A stretch of 64,000 bases of DNA, taken from Salpingoeca rosetta. Its lineage: Eukaryota > Protista > Choanoflagellata. Positions within the stretch are counted from its first letter, which is position 1; each line of letters begins with the position of its first letter. The translations under genes were made by a program, and so were the position numbers. The notes under the pieces are model-generated. The model saw only the letters and a program-made list of their open reading frames with translations, ran no database searches and was not told the DNA's origin. Below, piece by piece: positions 1 through 13,100 of the stretch. The stretch is taken from positions 2,260,458 through 2,324,457 of the forward strand of contig JAWQFM010000004.1 of NCBI GenBank assembly GCA_033442325.1, written 5' to 3'.

Positions 1-31
1 ATGATCACGACGACCGTCACCACCATGACAG

Positions 32-265
32 CTCCACGCGCGCCGGTTGCTGTCGCACGGGCTCGGCCGTGACATCAACACGAGCGACCAGCTCCTCACT
101 GCCATTGCCCAGTACATGGCGATCGCAGATGATGGTGGTGCTGGTGGTGATGGTGATGGTGGTGGTGATGGTGGAAAGAAAAGTGGGGGTGGGGGTGGCA
201 AGGGTGGCAGTGGTGGTGTTGGGAGAAGGAAGCGAAGGACCAGCAGGAACGTGGCGAACGCATAG
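32..265 (+). CDS. 3' terminal exon of a gene entering from the left (unknown product, Gly/Lys-rich basic tail)
   Basis: Possible cag acceptor at about 29-31, then an open frame LHARRLLSHGLGRDINTSDQLLTAIAQY...GRRKRR...ANA ending TAG at 263-265. Non-repetitive, coding-like composition. Confidence 0.45.
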   Translation, partial: LHARRLLSHGLGRDINTSDQLLTAIAQYMAIADDGGAGGDGDGGGDGGKKSGGGGGKGGSGGVGRRKRRTSRNVANA

Positions 266-575
266 CAGACATCACACCATACATGCAAGCAGACGGCTCA
301 GCATCCACGCATGGCAGACGGCTCAGCATGATTTCACAGTTAGGTCCACACACACTCGTGAGCAGCAGCCAGCCCGCAATCCCACCTAACACATGACTCG
401 CATGTGGACATCAATAATCAAGTTGCCTGTCTTTTCTGCTGTACCCACGTGCGTATATGTGTTTACGTGTCTATTTGGAAACGAATAAACGAACGAGTGC
501 CCAACGTGTGAAAGCAGCACACGATTACAAACACCAAGTCAGTGGCCAAGCCGCACACGCATGACACGAGACGCA

Positions 576-677
<102 letters not shown>

Positions 678-678
678 A

Positions 679-1831
679 TCACACGGCGGTGTCAGTGGCA
701 ACATCCATCTGCCTCTCGTCACCATCACCATCACCACTGCCACGTTGTTCTGGCCTACTCCGCTCGTCGTCACTCCGGCGACCATCACCACCACCATCAT
801 CACCACCATCATCACCACCACCACCACTGTCTCGATGACGCCTGTCCCTGTCGTCGTCGTTGCCGGCATTGCGCCCACCATCGCTGTCGTCGTGGTCGCG
901 GTGTCGTCGTTTCTTGTGCTTCTTCTTGTGCTTCTTCTTGTGGCGGCGCCGGTGCCGGCGCTCGCTGGCCTCCTCGTCCGAAGGATAGCTCCTATCCTCC
1001 CGGTCCTCCCGGTGTTCCCGCGCATCGTCGCTTGCGGGCCGTTCGTCCGCATCACTGCCGCCGGCACGTGACGCACTACGACTGCGACGACGATGACGAC
1101 GACGGTCACGATCAGCATCATCTTCGTCTTCGCGGCGGTGGTGGTGGTGGGATGGGGTGATGCTCCGCCGGCTGCGGTGGTGCCGGTGACGGCTGCGACG
1201 GCGATCATCAGCATCATCGTCAAAGTCGTCGTGATCGTCATCATAGCGGCGGCGGTGGTGGTGGTGGCTGCGACGGGAACGGCTGCCACGGTGGTGGTGG
1301 TGTCGCCGCTCTTCCAACTGCTGCTTGCGCTCCTTCTGTCTCCGCTCCCACTCCTCATCGCGGGCAACACATTTGGAGATGGATGCGACAGCGAGCGCAC
1401 CGAGCTCGGGTGGAAGCTCGCGCCCGTTCTCGGCAAACAGGTCCACCTGGTCCTCAAACAGCGTTGCCTGGCGGTAACAGATGGTGGGTGGTGTGGGGTC
1501 ACAAAAGGGTGTTGTTGAGGCACTTACTTTATCGTGTTTTTCACCGTCACAGACACACAGACACACACACAGATACACACAGGCACACACAGACACACAC
1601 AGACACACACACAGACACACACACACGCCCCTTCGCACCTTGATGGTGGTGAATCTGAGGCGGGTGTCCGGGTGCCAGAAAACGCCAAAGGAGACGGCCT
1701 TCTGCGGGAACGGCGTCTCTGCAATCGTCGGTGGTGTCGTCATCAGACCCGCACTGAACAGCACAGCACATTGTCGTGTCAGGGGAATGACAAGGCGAGT
1801 GTGTGTGTGTGTGTGTGTGGATGTGTGTGAG

Positions 1832-1869
<38 letters not shown>

Positions 1870-1949
1870 AGTGGGGCATAGGCTCCAGAGATTGTCTCCG
1901 TGTCAAATGTAAACCAACAAAACGCGAACACACACACACGCACACACAC

Positions 1950-2018
<69 letters not shown>

Positions 2019-2167
2019 AACACAAACGCACACAATTTCGTGATTGTGAGTGCACCTCACCACATAAAGTATTGCGTGTCAACAGGACTAAAGACAAACT
2101 CGACACGTTCGCTGTCCTTGAAAGCGCGCGCGAGCACAGGTTCGAGTTGTGCCTGCCAGTAATCAAT

Positions 2168-2211
<44 letters not shown>

Positions 2212-3640
2212 TCGCGTAGGCGTGCACATCGATGAGCGGAAATGGCTGAAGAACCATACATTGTGGCAAAGCGCGTGCCAGTCAAGGTGCATGCTCTGTG
2301 TTTGTATATGTGTGTGTGTGTTGTGTGCGCGCGCGTGTGTTTGTCATACAGTCGTGGATCTTCTGCTTGGGGAGAGGCAGCAGCCACAAGCGCACCGCCC
2401 ACTGCTCGTGTGTGCTCACATCGCGACAACTGCGGTGGGTGCGTGTGCGTGTGCAAACACGACAACAACAACAATGTTGACAACAAGTGGTGGGGGTGGA
2501 GTCATCACACGCACATATGACATTGTACGAACATGATCCACTGATGTGTACACGTGTATAGGTGTGGATGTGTGAAGCTGTTTTCATGTGTGCATGTGGA
2601 TTGGTGAACCTGTCTTCATCTTTGCGTGTGTGTACCTGTGTGGTTGTCCACTGTCCGGTGGCGCGGCTGGCAGTGAGGGCCTCGCGCGTGCCGCGCAGCA
2701 CAAAGTAGCGGATCTTGGGCGGGTTCGACAGGTCTGGTCGCCACACGCGCGCCAGTTTTTTCCGGCGGGCGATGAACTTGTCCTTGCCGCCCTGCACCTC
2801 ATACGCGGGCTCAAGCAGGTCCTCGCCCACATACTTGCGGATGGGGAACGGGCCCTATGGATGTATGTGCGTATGGTTTTGCATGCATGTAGTTGCATGA
2901 GCATGTACATGCTTGAACGTGGGCTCAGGTGGACATGCACGGCGAGTGCACAGGATCAAGTCGCAAGCACGCACACACACATACACGTTCACACACACAC
3001 ACTCACACACACATACACATTCACACACACACACACACACACATTCACACATTCACACATTCACACATTCACACGCACACACACACACACACACACGTTC
3101 ACACATGCGTGTGTGTACATTATATGCGCTCACCGAGAAGTTGCGAAAGGATCGGTAACGAACCCTGAACTTCTTCAGATCCTGCTTGGTGAGGAAGAAT
3201 TCACGGGCAGCGTCTTCCTCGCTGTACAAAGCCTGAACAGAGCGAAAACACTTGGGTGAGAGACACTCAAAGAAAGCCTATCATACTCACGCACACCGTA
3301 GACAGTACAGGCGCAACGCACGTAGCCATGTCGTCAAGTTACAGCACAAAACAAGCATACGCGATTGGTGAACGTTCGCACGCCCACTGACCTCCAGGTC
3401 CGGGATGACGCCCTCTGGAATCTCCTCCTCGCCGTTCTTCTTGGGCTCCTCCTCTTTCTCTTCCTTGCCACCTCCTCCATTCTCTGGCTTCTCCCCTTCA
3501 TCCTTTGCGTCCGTGGCCGTGGACTCCCGCGTCTCTCCTCCATGTTCCTGCTCCTGTTGCGGCTGCGGTTGCTGTGGTTCGCCGTCACGTTCCGCCACAA
3601 CAGCGGGAGCAGTGGCAGCGTCGCCTTTCTCGTCGCTCAT
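679..3640 (-). CDS. Spliced gene: acidic N-terminus, XPA C-terminal-like module, divergent YTH domain, Arg/His/Asp-rich low-complexity tail
   Basis: Approximate exons 3640-3392, 3232-3134, 2854-2636, 2152-2061, 1753-1639, 1467-679, with GT/AG ends that keep the frame. The joined peptide RYFVLRG..ALTASRATGQWTTT..LARAFKDSERVEFVFSP...YFMCAGLM...FGVFW...LRF...ENGRELPPELG follows the YTH pattern (RYFI.KS..GVWST..L..AF..V.LIFSV..FQG.A.M..F.V.W..L.F..RDGQEI...G). Confidence 0.7.
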
Positions 3641-3753
3641 GTTTTGCTGCTGGTGCTGCACAGTGTAGAAAATTGAGATAAAACATCCACGAATTATCCA
3701 CGACACGCTGATAGCAAGAGATGCTGGGCAGAGCTTTGCAACTAGCTTCCACA

Positions 3754-3854
<101 letters not shown>

Positions 3855-4442
3855 CGCATCACTCCCACACGCTGGCATGGCTTGTTCTTGGCTTTTGCTG
3901 TCGTTCCCTGTGTACTTTTATGATTGAACCCACAACACCTGATGTGACTGATGTGAGATGCATAGATATGGGGTGGGCTGGAAGTGTGATACGAAGGTGG
4001 GATGGACATGTGATGCGAGAAAGCGAGGTTGGCAAACAGCAACAACACCACAAACACACACACACGCACATACAACGCCAAGCCAAGCTAATCGACGATT
4101 GTTATTGGGTGTTTTGGTCAATTTTCTCTGTGCCACACCTTTTCCCAAAGCCACCATTCACTTCTCCTTTGCAAGTCCTGCGCCACAGCGCCACAACCTC
4201 AACCACAGCCACAGCCACAACCTCACATCATCCTTCGTCTGGCTCTTGCTTGTTGTGCCAAACAAGGTCTCCCTTCTTCTCATCCCCTCTCATCCCCCCT
4301 CCCCCTCATTCCTACATTTGGCTGACACTGTGTCCGCTTTGATTCTTTCCCAACGACAACCACCACTGCGCGGTTGTGTGTTGCGTTGTTCGAAGAACAC
4401 CAACACCAACACCAAAATCACCAACACAGCACAGCGGCAGTG

Positions 4443-4773
4443 ATGACTCGTTCGGCGGGCGTCCTGGCAACAAGCGTTGCGTTGGTGCTGGTGGTCTGCT
4501 GCTGCTGTGAGAGCAACGCTGTGCCCGTATCCTCCTCTGCAGGAGTGCGGGCACTCAGCTTCTCCGACCTGTTTGCGAGTGTTGAAGAAGCGACCTTCTT
4601 TGAGAACTGGTACCAGCGCGAAGTGCTTGTGGGTACGCACAACCAGACCCTGGCCAATCGGTTGCTCCCGCTCACCGACGTCAAATCCACCTGCCAATGG
4701 GGTGTGCAAGACAACCGCCAGGCCCACCCTGCCGCACTCCGGGTCAGTACCCCTGTGCGGGTGCTTGTGTTTG

Positions 4774-4834
<61 letters not shown>

Positions 4835-4841
4835 GTTGTTG

Positions 4842-4909
<68 letters not shown>

Positions 4910-6572
4910 CCTGTCCCTGTTTCCACTGTACGCATCTCGCAACGTCTCCTCTCCTTCCCCACCCCCCTCTCCTCTCACACTCACACTCACCCCACCCCCA
5001 ACACCCAACAGATCAAAGAGCAAGGCGAGACACGGGCCGTGTTGTCGTGCGAGCAGATGGAAGACGAGCTCGCTGCTGGTGCGGGCTTGCTCGTGCGCTA
5101 TGAAGACCTCCCCGGCTCCCCTGCCGACACCGCAGTCAAGCAGCTGCAGGACGGCGTGCGCGACGTGTTTGGCACAGAGTCCACCGTCCACCTGTACCAC
5201 GCCACGCAGAACGAGTCGCGCGCCCTCATGCCGCACACGGACCCCTACGACGTCCTCGTGATTCAGCTCCACGGCTCAAAGCGCTGGACTACCTGCACCC
5301 CGTATGGGTACCTGGCAGACGTGGACGTCACGGACGAACGCGCCGTGCGCGCGCACGAGAAGCGGCACAACCTGGAGCACCGCCCTGTTCACGAGTTGCA
5401 AGCAATTGCGCAGTTCACAACAGCGCAGCTGGGCCAGCTGCAGGAGATCAGGCAGCAGCGGCAGCAGGGGTGCACGCGCTACGAGGACACGGCACTGCGC
5501 GGCATGCGCTGCTCCAACTTCACGCTGCGTGCCGGCGACACCATGTACATGCCCAAGGGCATCATCCACTACGCCGTGTCTGGCGCAGAAGGCTCGTCGC
5601 ACCTCACCGTCTCCCTCCAACGCAAGGGCCTGACGTGGGCGGATGCACTGGTGTTTGCAGCGCAGAGCGGTGCGCATCTTGTGGACGCGGATGTGTTTGG
5701 CGCGCGGTGGCGCGAAGCCATAACCGCCGTCATTGGCCGCGATCACGAGGGCGTCTCCTATCTCCAGGCCATGCCATCCTGGCAGCTCAAGCGTGGTGGT
5801 GGTGATGGTGGGGGTGATGGTGGTGGTGATGGCATGTGTAGCGTTCTTGAAGATGAGCATGCAGCACCTGACAGCAGTGACAGCGCCGCCGGTGGCGGTA
5901 GTGGCGGTGGTGGTGAGGTGGATGCATTTGTGCGCACGTTCCAATCGCTGTGTGAGGGTTTGCTGCCCTTTGTGCTCAACGCGTACGAGAGTGCCGGTGA
6001 TATGACTGCGTATGCGGACCCGTCAACGATTGAGTCGCGTGTCTCGCGCGTGTGCAGCGTCGACAGTGCACATGCTGTCCTGCATCAGTTCTGCGCACAC
6101 GGTCGCATGCCAGACGACGTGACGGCGACCACGCTGTCCACGCAGCAAAGATCGGAGGACGAATTGGCAGCAGGAGCAACGGAGGTTCGTGTGCATGTGT
6201 TGATGGGGTTGAGTGCGGGTTGTGGATGCCAAACGGCAGATTAGGTGTGGGTGAGCGTGTGCGGATGCATGGGTGAGCGCGTGGAGGGCTTGCTCTCAGT
6301 GTTGTTCATCACACCACACCTCACACCTCACACACGCATCTCACACACGCATCTCACATGTCCTCCTCCACACCACATGCACGATGCACGATGCACAACA
6401 TACACATCCCATCGCCCTTCCACTGCACGTGTGATGCAGGTGCATCAGCGCTCCCGTCGGTCAACAGACCACGGCTCATACACCTGCTTTGACGGCTGCA
6501 ACACCGATTGCGTGTAAGTACTCGACGAACGTGCGCACATCATGCAAGAACATGTGTGCATATTCATAAAAG

Positions 6573-6640
<68 letters not shown>

Positions 6641-7407
6641 CACGCAACCGTGTCGTCACTTTGTTTCTGAGACTCACACGACTGCATGTGCTGTGACATG
6701 CATTTCCCCACCCCCTTTAACCCACCCCATCACCACACCGTTGATGCACGTGTGGTGGCGCATGTAATCGCTTCCAGCATGATGTGTTCCGGATGTGACG
6801 GCGACAGCTGTGACATCTGCTCAACCACGTGCACGGGCTCATGCGATGAGGACTGCAAGTGCAACCCGGGGTACCATGGCTCTGGCACGACGTGCTACAA
6901 CTGCGCCGACAACTACTACTCCACAGAATACAACTCGAACAACTGCATGCGGTGTGACGACTGCCCAGAGGAGCACCAGTATAGGGCTGGCTGCAGCCGT
7001 GGCACAGCGCTCACGCCGTGTGTTGACTGCGGCACGTGCGAGAAAGACGAGTACAGGGTAGGATGTCGGCAAGGCGAGGAAGGCAATTGTCGTCCCTGTT
7101 ACGGCTGTCAAGCAGGCCGGTACCGCTACAACTGTGGTGGTTTCAGCATTGGGTTCTGCGTCACGTGTGGGTATTGCCCGCCTGGCCAGTTCCGCGATGG
7201 CTGCATTGGCACCAGCCCTGGCACGTGCAAGGACTGCCAGCCATGTCCCGCTGGATACCAGCGAGAGGGCTGCACTGGCACCAGCGGTGGCACCTGCGAG
7301 CCCTGCCCAGAAGGGTAAGAGAGATTCTGTGTGTGTGTGTGTGGGGGGGGGGTTGTGTGTTTGCGGGTTTCAGTGTGTGTTTTGTCTGAGTTTGTGTGTG
7401 TGTGTGT

Positions 7408-7479
<72 letters not shown>

Positions 7480-10400
7480 GTGCGTGTGTGTGCGCGCGCG
7501 CGTGTGTGTGTGTGCATGAGCCCATGTACTTGTGCGTGTCTCTGGTGTCTGTGAGCTTTCTTTGTATGACGTGGTTTGCTGATGTGCACTGCATTGCGTA
7601 TCGCGTCATCCAACGGCTCACACCACCTCCTCACCAACCACCCAACCAACCATCCCCCCCCCCAAACCACCAGCACCTGGCGCCACACCTACTCCACGTA
7701 CCAATGCTTCGACTGCCAGGCGTGCAGCAGCGGGTACGAGCGTGTCTACTGTGGCGGTTCGTCCTCCGGGAGCTGTCGTGGCATCCTGTGCGACGCAGCG
7801 CCAACAGTGGCCCACGCCACCGTTCACGTGACCAACGGTCGGCGGTATCAGAGCACTGCGACGTACACGTGTGGCGCGGGATACGAGCTGAAGAACGCCA
7901 ACCGCAACTCGCTCAGCTGCGCCACCGATGGTTCATGGAGTGGCACGCTGCCAGAGTGTGTTGGCGTTGCGTGTCCGCCCATTTCCCTCACCAACGGCGA
8001 CGTCTCGCCGTCCGGCACCATTCGCTACCCAGACTCAGCCAGTGCGTTATTCTTTCGCGTGTGTATGGCGTGCGTATGCTCTGTGTGCGTGTGTATGGCG
8101 TGCTTATGCTCTGTGTGTGTGTGCTCGTGCTGTGTGTGTCAGTGCTGTGTGTGTTCGTGCTGTGTTGTTTGATGTTTGCCCCGTGTTGCAGGATCCAATC
8201 CTCCCTTCCATCCCTTTCAGCTCACCACCATCACCACCATCACCACCATCACAACTGTTCTTTTCCTTGTTCACCCCCCCCCGTCTCCGCCTTTCAACCA
8301 CCATCCATTAGGCCTGTCGTGCCATGTGGGATATGTGTTGCAAGGCGGTGCCACGCAGTCCTGTCAGGCCGACGGCACGTGGAGCTTTCCGGACCCTCCA
8401 TCCTGTCAGCCCCTCTATTGCTCGCCGGTCACGCCCCCTGAGAATGGCGCCGTGTCGTACAGCAACGGCCGCCGCTATCCGTCCACGGCAACGTTCACGT
8501 GCAACAGCGGCTATGTGCTTGAGGATGGGGACGCCGAACACACGTGCAGCGCAACAACGCATGTGTTTGTGGGCGAGACGCCCAAGTGCCTGCGCCCCAC
8601 GTGCCCAGCCCTGCCGCCCCCCACCCATGGCAGTGGGGGTGCTGCTGCCAACACGCTCCGCTACCCTGCTGCTGCCTCGTTCTCCTGCGACACGGGGTAT
8701 GTGCTCATGGGGCCGGCAACGGTGCAGTGCAAGGAGGAAGGGACGTGGGCCACAGCTGCGCCGACGTGCATTGGTCGCCTGTGTACGAAGGTAACTACCC
8801 CAGAGAACGGCCGTGTGACGTACAGCAACGCACGCCGCTACCCGTCCACGGCAACGTACACGTGCACGGAGGGCTACGAGGTGGTCGGTGCGGCAACACG
8901 ACAGTGCCAGGCCGACAAGGGCGAGTTTGATGGCGTGGATGCAACGTGCAGGGGCAAGCTGTGCCAGCCTCTCTCAGCACCTGCCAATGGCACCGTCACC
9001 TTCACGCCACGCAGCTTCAATCCCCGCTACCCGGCAACCGCCACCTTTGCGTGCCTGGATGGATATGTGCGCATTGGTGCTTCGACAGCGGAGTGTGATG
9101 CAGACACGGCGTGGTCAGCACAGCCACCGCGCTGCCAGCTCGACTGCGACCCCGGTTACGTCAAGAGCGGTGGTGTGTGCGTGGACGACAACGAGTGCTT
9201 TGATGGCACGCACTCGTGCGACATGAATGCAGCCTGCACCAACACGGCGGGCAGCTACACCTGTGCATGCAATGACGGCTATGAAGGCGATGGCTTCACC
9301 TGTGACGATGTGGACGAGTGCGTGCAGGCAACGCACGGGTGTGACGTGAATGCAGCCTGCACCAACACGATCGGCAGCTACACCTGCGCCTGTGTTGAAG
9401 GGTATGAAGGTGATGGCCGTTCGTGCCACGATGAAGATGAGTGTGCGGATGGCACCCACTCCTGTCATGAAGAGGCAACGTGCACCAACTCAGTGGGCAG
9501 CTACACCTGTGCGTGCAACAGCGGCTTCACAGGCAGCGGTTTCACGTGCGAAGACGTGGACGAGTGCATGGAAGGGACGCACGACTGCGACGTGAATGCA
9601 GCCTGCACCAACACGATCGGCAGCTATACCTGCGCCTGTGTCGAAGGGTACGAAGGTGATGGCGTTTTGTGCCGGGACGAAGATGAGTGTGTCGATGGCA
9701 CTGCAAGGTGTGCTGTCAACGCAACGTGCACCAACACAGTGGGTAGCTACACGTGCGCGTGCAACAGCGGCTTCACAGGCAGCGGGCTCGTGTGCGACGA
9801 CGTGGACGAGTGCATGGAAGGAACGCACGACTGCGACGTGAATGCAGTGTGCACCAACACAATCGGCAGCTACACGTGTGCGTGTCAGACGGGCTACCGT
9901 GGTGACGGCTTTGAGTGCGAGGACAGAAATGAGTGCCTGTACAACACTGCGCCGTGCCACGCACATGCAGCCTGCACCAACACGGACGGCAGCTTCGTGT
10001 GCACGTGTGAGCGCGGGTATGCAGGTGACGGCATTGCCGTGTGCGACGACGTCGATGAGTGTGCGCTCGGCACTCACAACTGCGCCGCAGACGCCACCTG
10101 CTTCAACAGCGATGGGTCGTTCCGGTGTGTGTGCAACTCAGGATTCCGCGGCAATGGCACGGCGTGTGCGGACGTGGACGAGTGTGTGGAGGGCACAGCG
10201 CCATGCGATGCAAACGCCACGTGCACCAACACACCAGGCAGTTTCCTGTGTACATGTGTGGACGGGTTTGCCGGTACGGGCATTGCCTGCGTGGACGTGG
10301 ACGAGTGTCGCCAGGAGACGCACGAGTGTGACCCCAACGCACGGTGCACCAACACGGATGGCGGGTACACGTGCACATGCAGGGACGGCTTTGTTGGTGA

Positions 10401-10834
10401 CGGCTTGACATGTGCCGATGTGGACGAGTGTGCAGCCAGCAACGCAGCCGAGCTGTGCCATGCCAACGCCACGTGCACCAACACGGCTGGCTCATTTGCG
10501 TGCGAGTGCAGTGCCGGGTTTGTTGGCGACGGCGTGCGCGTGTGCTCGCCTCAGCCCAGCGTTGGGCAGAGCGGCACGAGTGCGTCTGTGGATATGGCAA
10601 TCCCCGTGTCGATTGTCGGCGGCGTGATTGGTGTTGTCTTCATTGCGGCCGCAGTTGTCTTTATTGTTCGCCGCAGGCGCCAGGCCGCCGCCGACGCTGC
10701 CTTCACGGTGCGCTTGTTGTTGGTGCCTTGCGTTGGGTTTGCGAGAGAGAGAGAGGGGGGGGGGGGGGTGCTGTGGTGTGTGTGTGTGTGTGGTGTGATG
10801 TGCGTGGTGTGTGTGTGTGCGGTGTGATGTGCGT

Positions 10835-10883
<49 letters not shown>

Positions 10884-12380
10884 GTGTTTGGGTGAGTCAG
10901 TGTAAACAGATGCACTGCTCATTCACAGCGCTTTACCCCCTTTTTTTCGCGACTCACGCTGCTCTGATACCACCCGTATGACGCGCAACCACAGGATGGC
11001 AACGCAGCTGCTTCAAGCGATGGCAAGACCGGTACGCAAATGCGCATACAAATATACATGTTTTAGTTGCTGTTACTGTTATTTCATGAACGTTATCAGT
11101 GCAAACGTCGTACCTCTGCAACCGTCTCACGTTCACGGTTTTCCTGCCTTCGACACCACCAACACCAACCACACACACGCACCTACTCACTCACTCACTT
11201 ACTCACTCACACACTCTCCCTGCTTTGCAACTGTGCATCAGGCGGCCTCTTCAAGAACCCGCTGTTCTCTGGACAGGATGGCATGTCCCCAGCACCACTA
11301 CCATCATCGTCATCATCGCCACCACCACACCCAGCGCACGCGTGGAACCCGACATGCTACGATGTCAACGACAGGACTGGCAACGCCGCAGGAGATGGGG
11401 TGTACCATGTTCCAACACAAGATGCAGGGTACGAATTGCCACGAGGGGAAGGCAAGAACAAGAAGCAGCAGCAGCAGGAAGCTGACATGTATCGTGTTCC
11501 CAGCGTGCAAGCGCCGTACGATGTTCCACGCCGCGCGAAGAAGAATAAGAAGGGTACTGATGGCAGTGATGGTGGTGGTCATGAGGATGAGGATGCCTAC
11601 TGTGTCCCCACCGTGCACGCGCCATACGATGTGCCACGCCGCGAACGGAAACAGAAACAACAGCACAGCAGTGGCGATGATGGTGGCGATGGGAGCGTGG
11701 ATGCTGGTGATGAGTCACAGGCGACAAACCGCTACAGCATCAACCCGACATATGCAATGCCGCGCTTTGAAGGGCGGCAGCTGCGAGCAAACCAGACCAG
11801 CACCACAAATGCAAATGAAGATGCCAATGCAAATGCCACCACCACCACCGGCACCAGTGGCAGCCGCGGTGGGCTGGTGAGCGGGTATGTGGAGCCACCT
11901 GCCCGCACACACGACAAGAACCATGGCAGCAGGGGTGGGCAGCGACGCAAGAATCCAAAGCTGCCACCTCGAGTGGGTGCTCCACCTCGCTTGAGTGCAC
12001 GCATTGCCAACGACAGTCAACCACCGCCACCATCATCATCATCGTCATCATCAGCACCGCAACAGGGGACGGCAGAGCCACAGACACTGTCATTTGTTGC
12101 GTCGCGTCACAACAGCAGCACGAGCGTGGGCTACTTGCAGGTGCTGTCTGAAAACGACAACGGACCGTCGGAAACAAACACGGAGCCTTCGTTCGTGTAC
12201 GACCCAACGTGGCAGGGAGCCAATGCCAACAACAGCAGCGGTCACGAAAGCGATGCGGGCAATGCACCAATGCTGGCGAGCAGCTATGTTGTGCTGCATC
12301 GTGGACACACGGAGGAGGTGACGGACGACGATCCAGACTACGTGGACGTGCACACGAGACCAGCCTCCATGATGCAATGA
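4443..12380 (+). CDS. Type I membrane receptor: signal peptide, JmjC (ROX/NO66/YcfD, Cupin_4-like), RSRR, Cys-rich repeats, 6 Sushi/CCP, 11 Ca-binding EGF, TM, Tyr-motif cytoplasmic tail
   Basis: Exons 4443-4742, 5012-6184, 6440-6513, 6778-7314, 7674-8041, 8312-10707, ~10995-11031, 11242-12380, all GT-AG and phase-compatible. Signal peptide MTRSAGVLATSVALVLVVCCCCESNA. JmjC motifs PHTDPYDVLVIQLHGSKRW and LRAGDTMYMPKGIIHYA. Repeated DVDEC...CTNTxGSYTCAC. TM IPVSIVGGVIGVVFIAAAVVFIV followed by RRRR. Confidence 0.85.
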
Positions 12381-12454
12381 GTTGGCGGAATAGCGGGTGC
12401 GTGAGTGTAAGTGCGTGAAAGGGCATGTGTGCGTATGTGTGTGTGTGTGTGTGC

Positions 12455-12529
<75 letters not shown>

Positions 12530-13100
12530 CGGGTGATAATAGCATATATGTGTGATGTCAACGTATGCGCGTGAGTTTAGTGAGAACCAATATTAGTGAG
12601 TGCGTGAGTGGGCGACGTGTATGGTAGAGTGTGTGGGTGTAATAGAACCTGCGTGAGGCGGGCGTATGCTCGACCAAGTTGTATGCCTGCTCATTTTACT
12701 CGCCACTCCGTGTTGCAACCATTGTCATGCTGCGAGTTACACGTTGATGCACTTGCTTGTGCGGTGTGTGCATCGTTCCTTTGTTCTTCCCTCTTCCCCC
12801 CCCCTTCTTCTTTCTCCCTCTCTCGCCTTGCAATTGGTGCTTCATTGCCATTTGTGGGTGATGCGTTGGCAGTGCGACAGTATTGTTCTTCTTGCTGTCA
12901 CACTCTTCCGCCTGTAGCACACCACTTGTTTTCCATCTAATACATGACCAAATGCAACGTTGTACTCACGCAAGGAAAAAAAATCGAACGTGCGATATGG
13001 AAGCGAGAAAGTTTTATTTGGGGGCAGTTGGTCATGGGCGGTGAACGCAATTGCCAGCATGTCACCGCATGGCTGTATCGCTGTGTGTGTGTGTGTGTTC

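Noticed and set aside
6686-7318. Cys-rich ORF treated as a stand-alone gene or as a multiheme cytochrome (many CxxC)
   Set aside because: No CxxCH motifs; flanked by phase-compatible splice sites joining it to the JmjC and Sushi exons.
9180-10545. Regular ~123-bp DNA repeats that superficially resemble a CRISPR array or satellite
   Set aside because: They are in-frame cbEGF coding repeats; no repeat-spacer structure and no cas genes; eukaryotic context.
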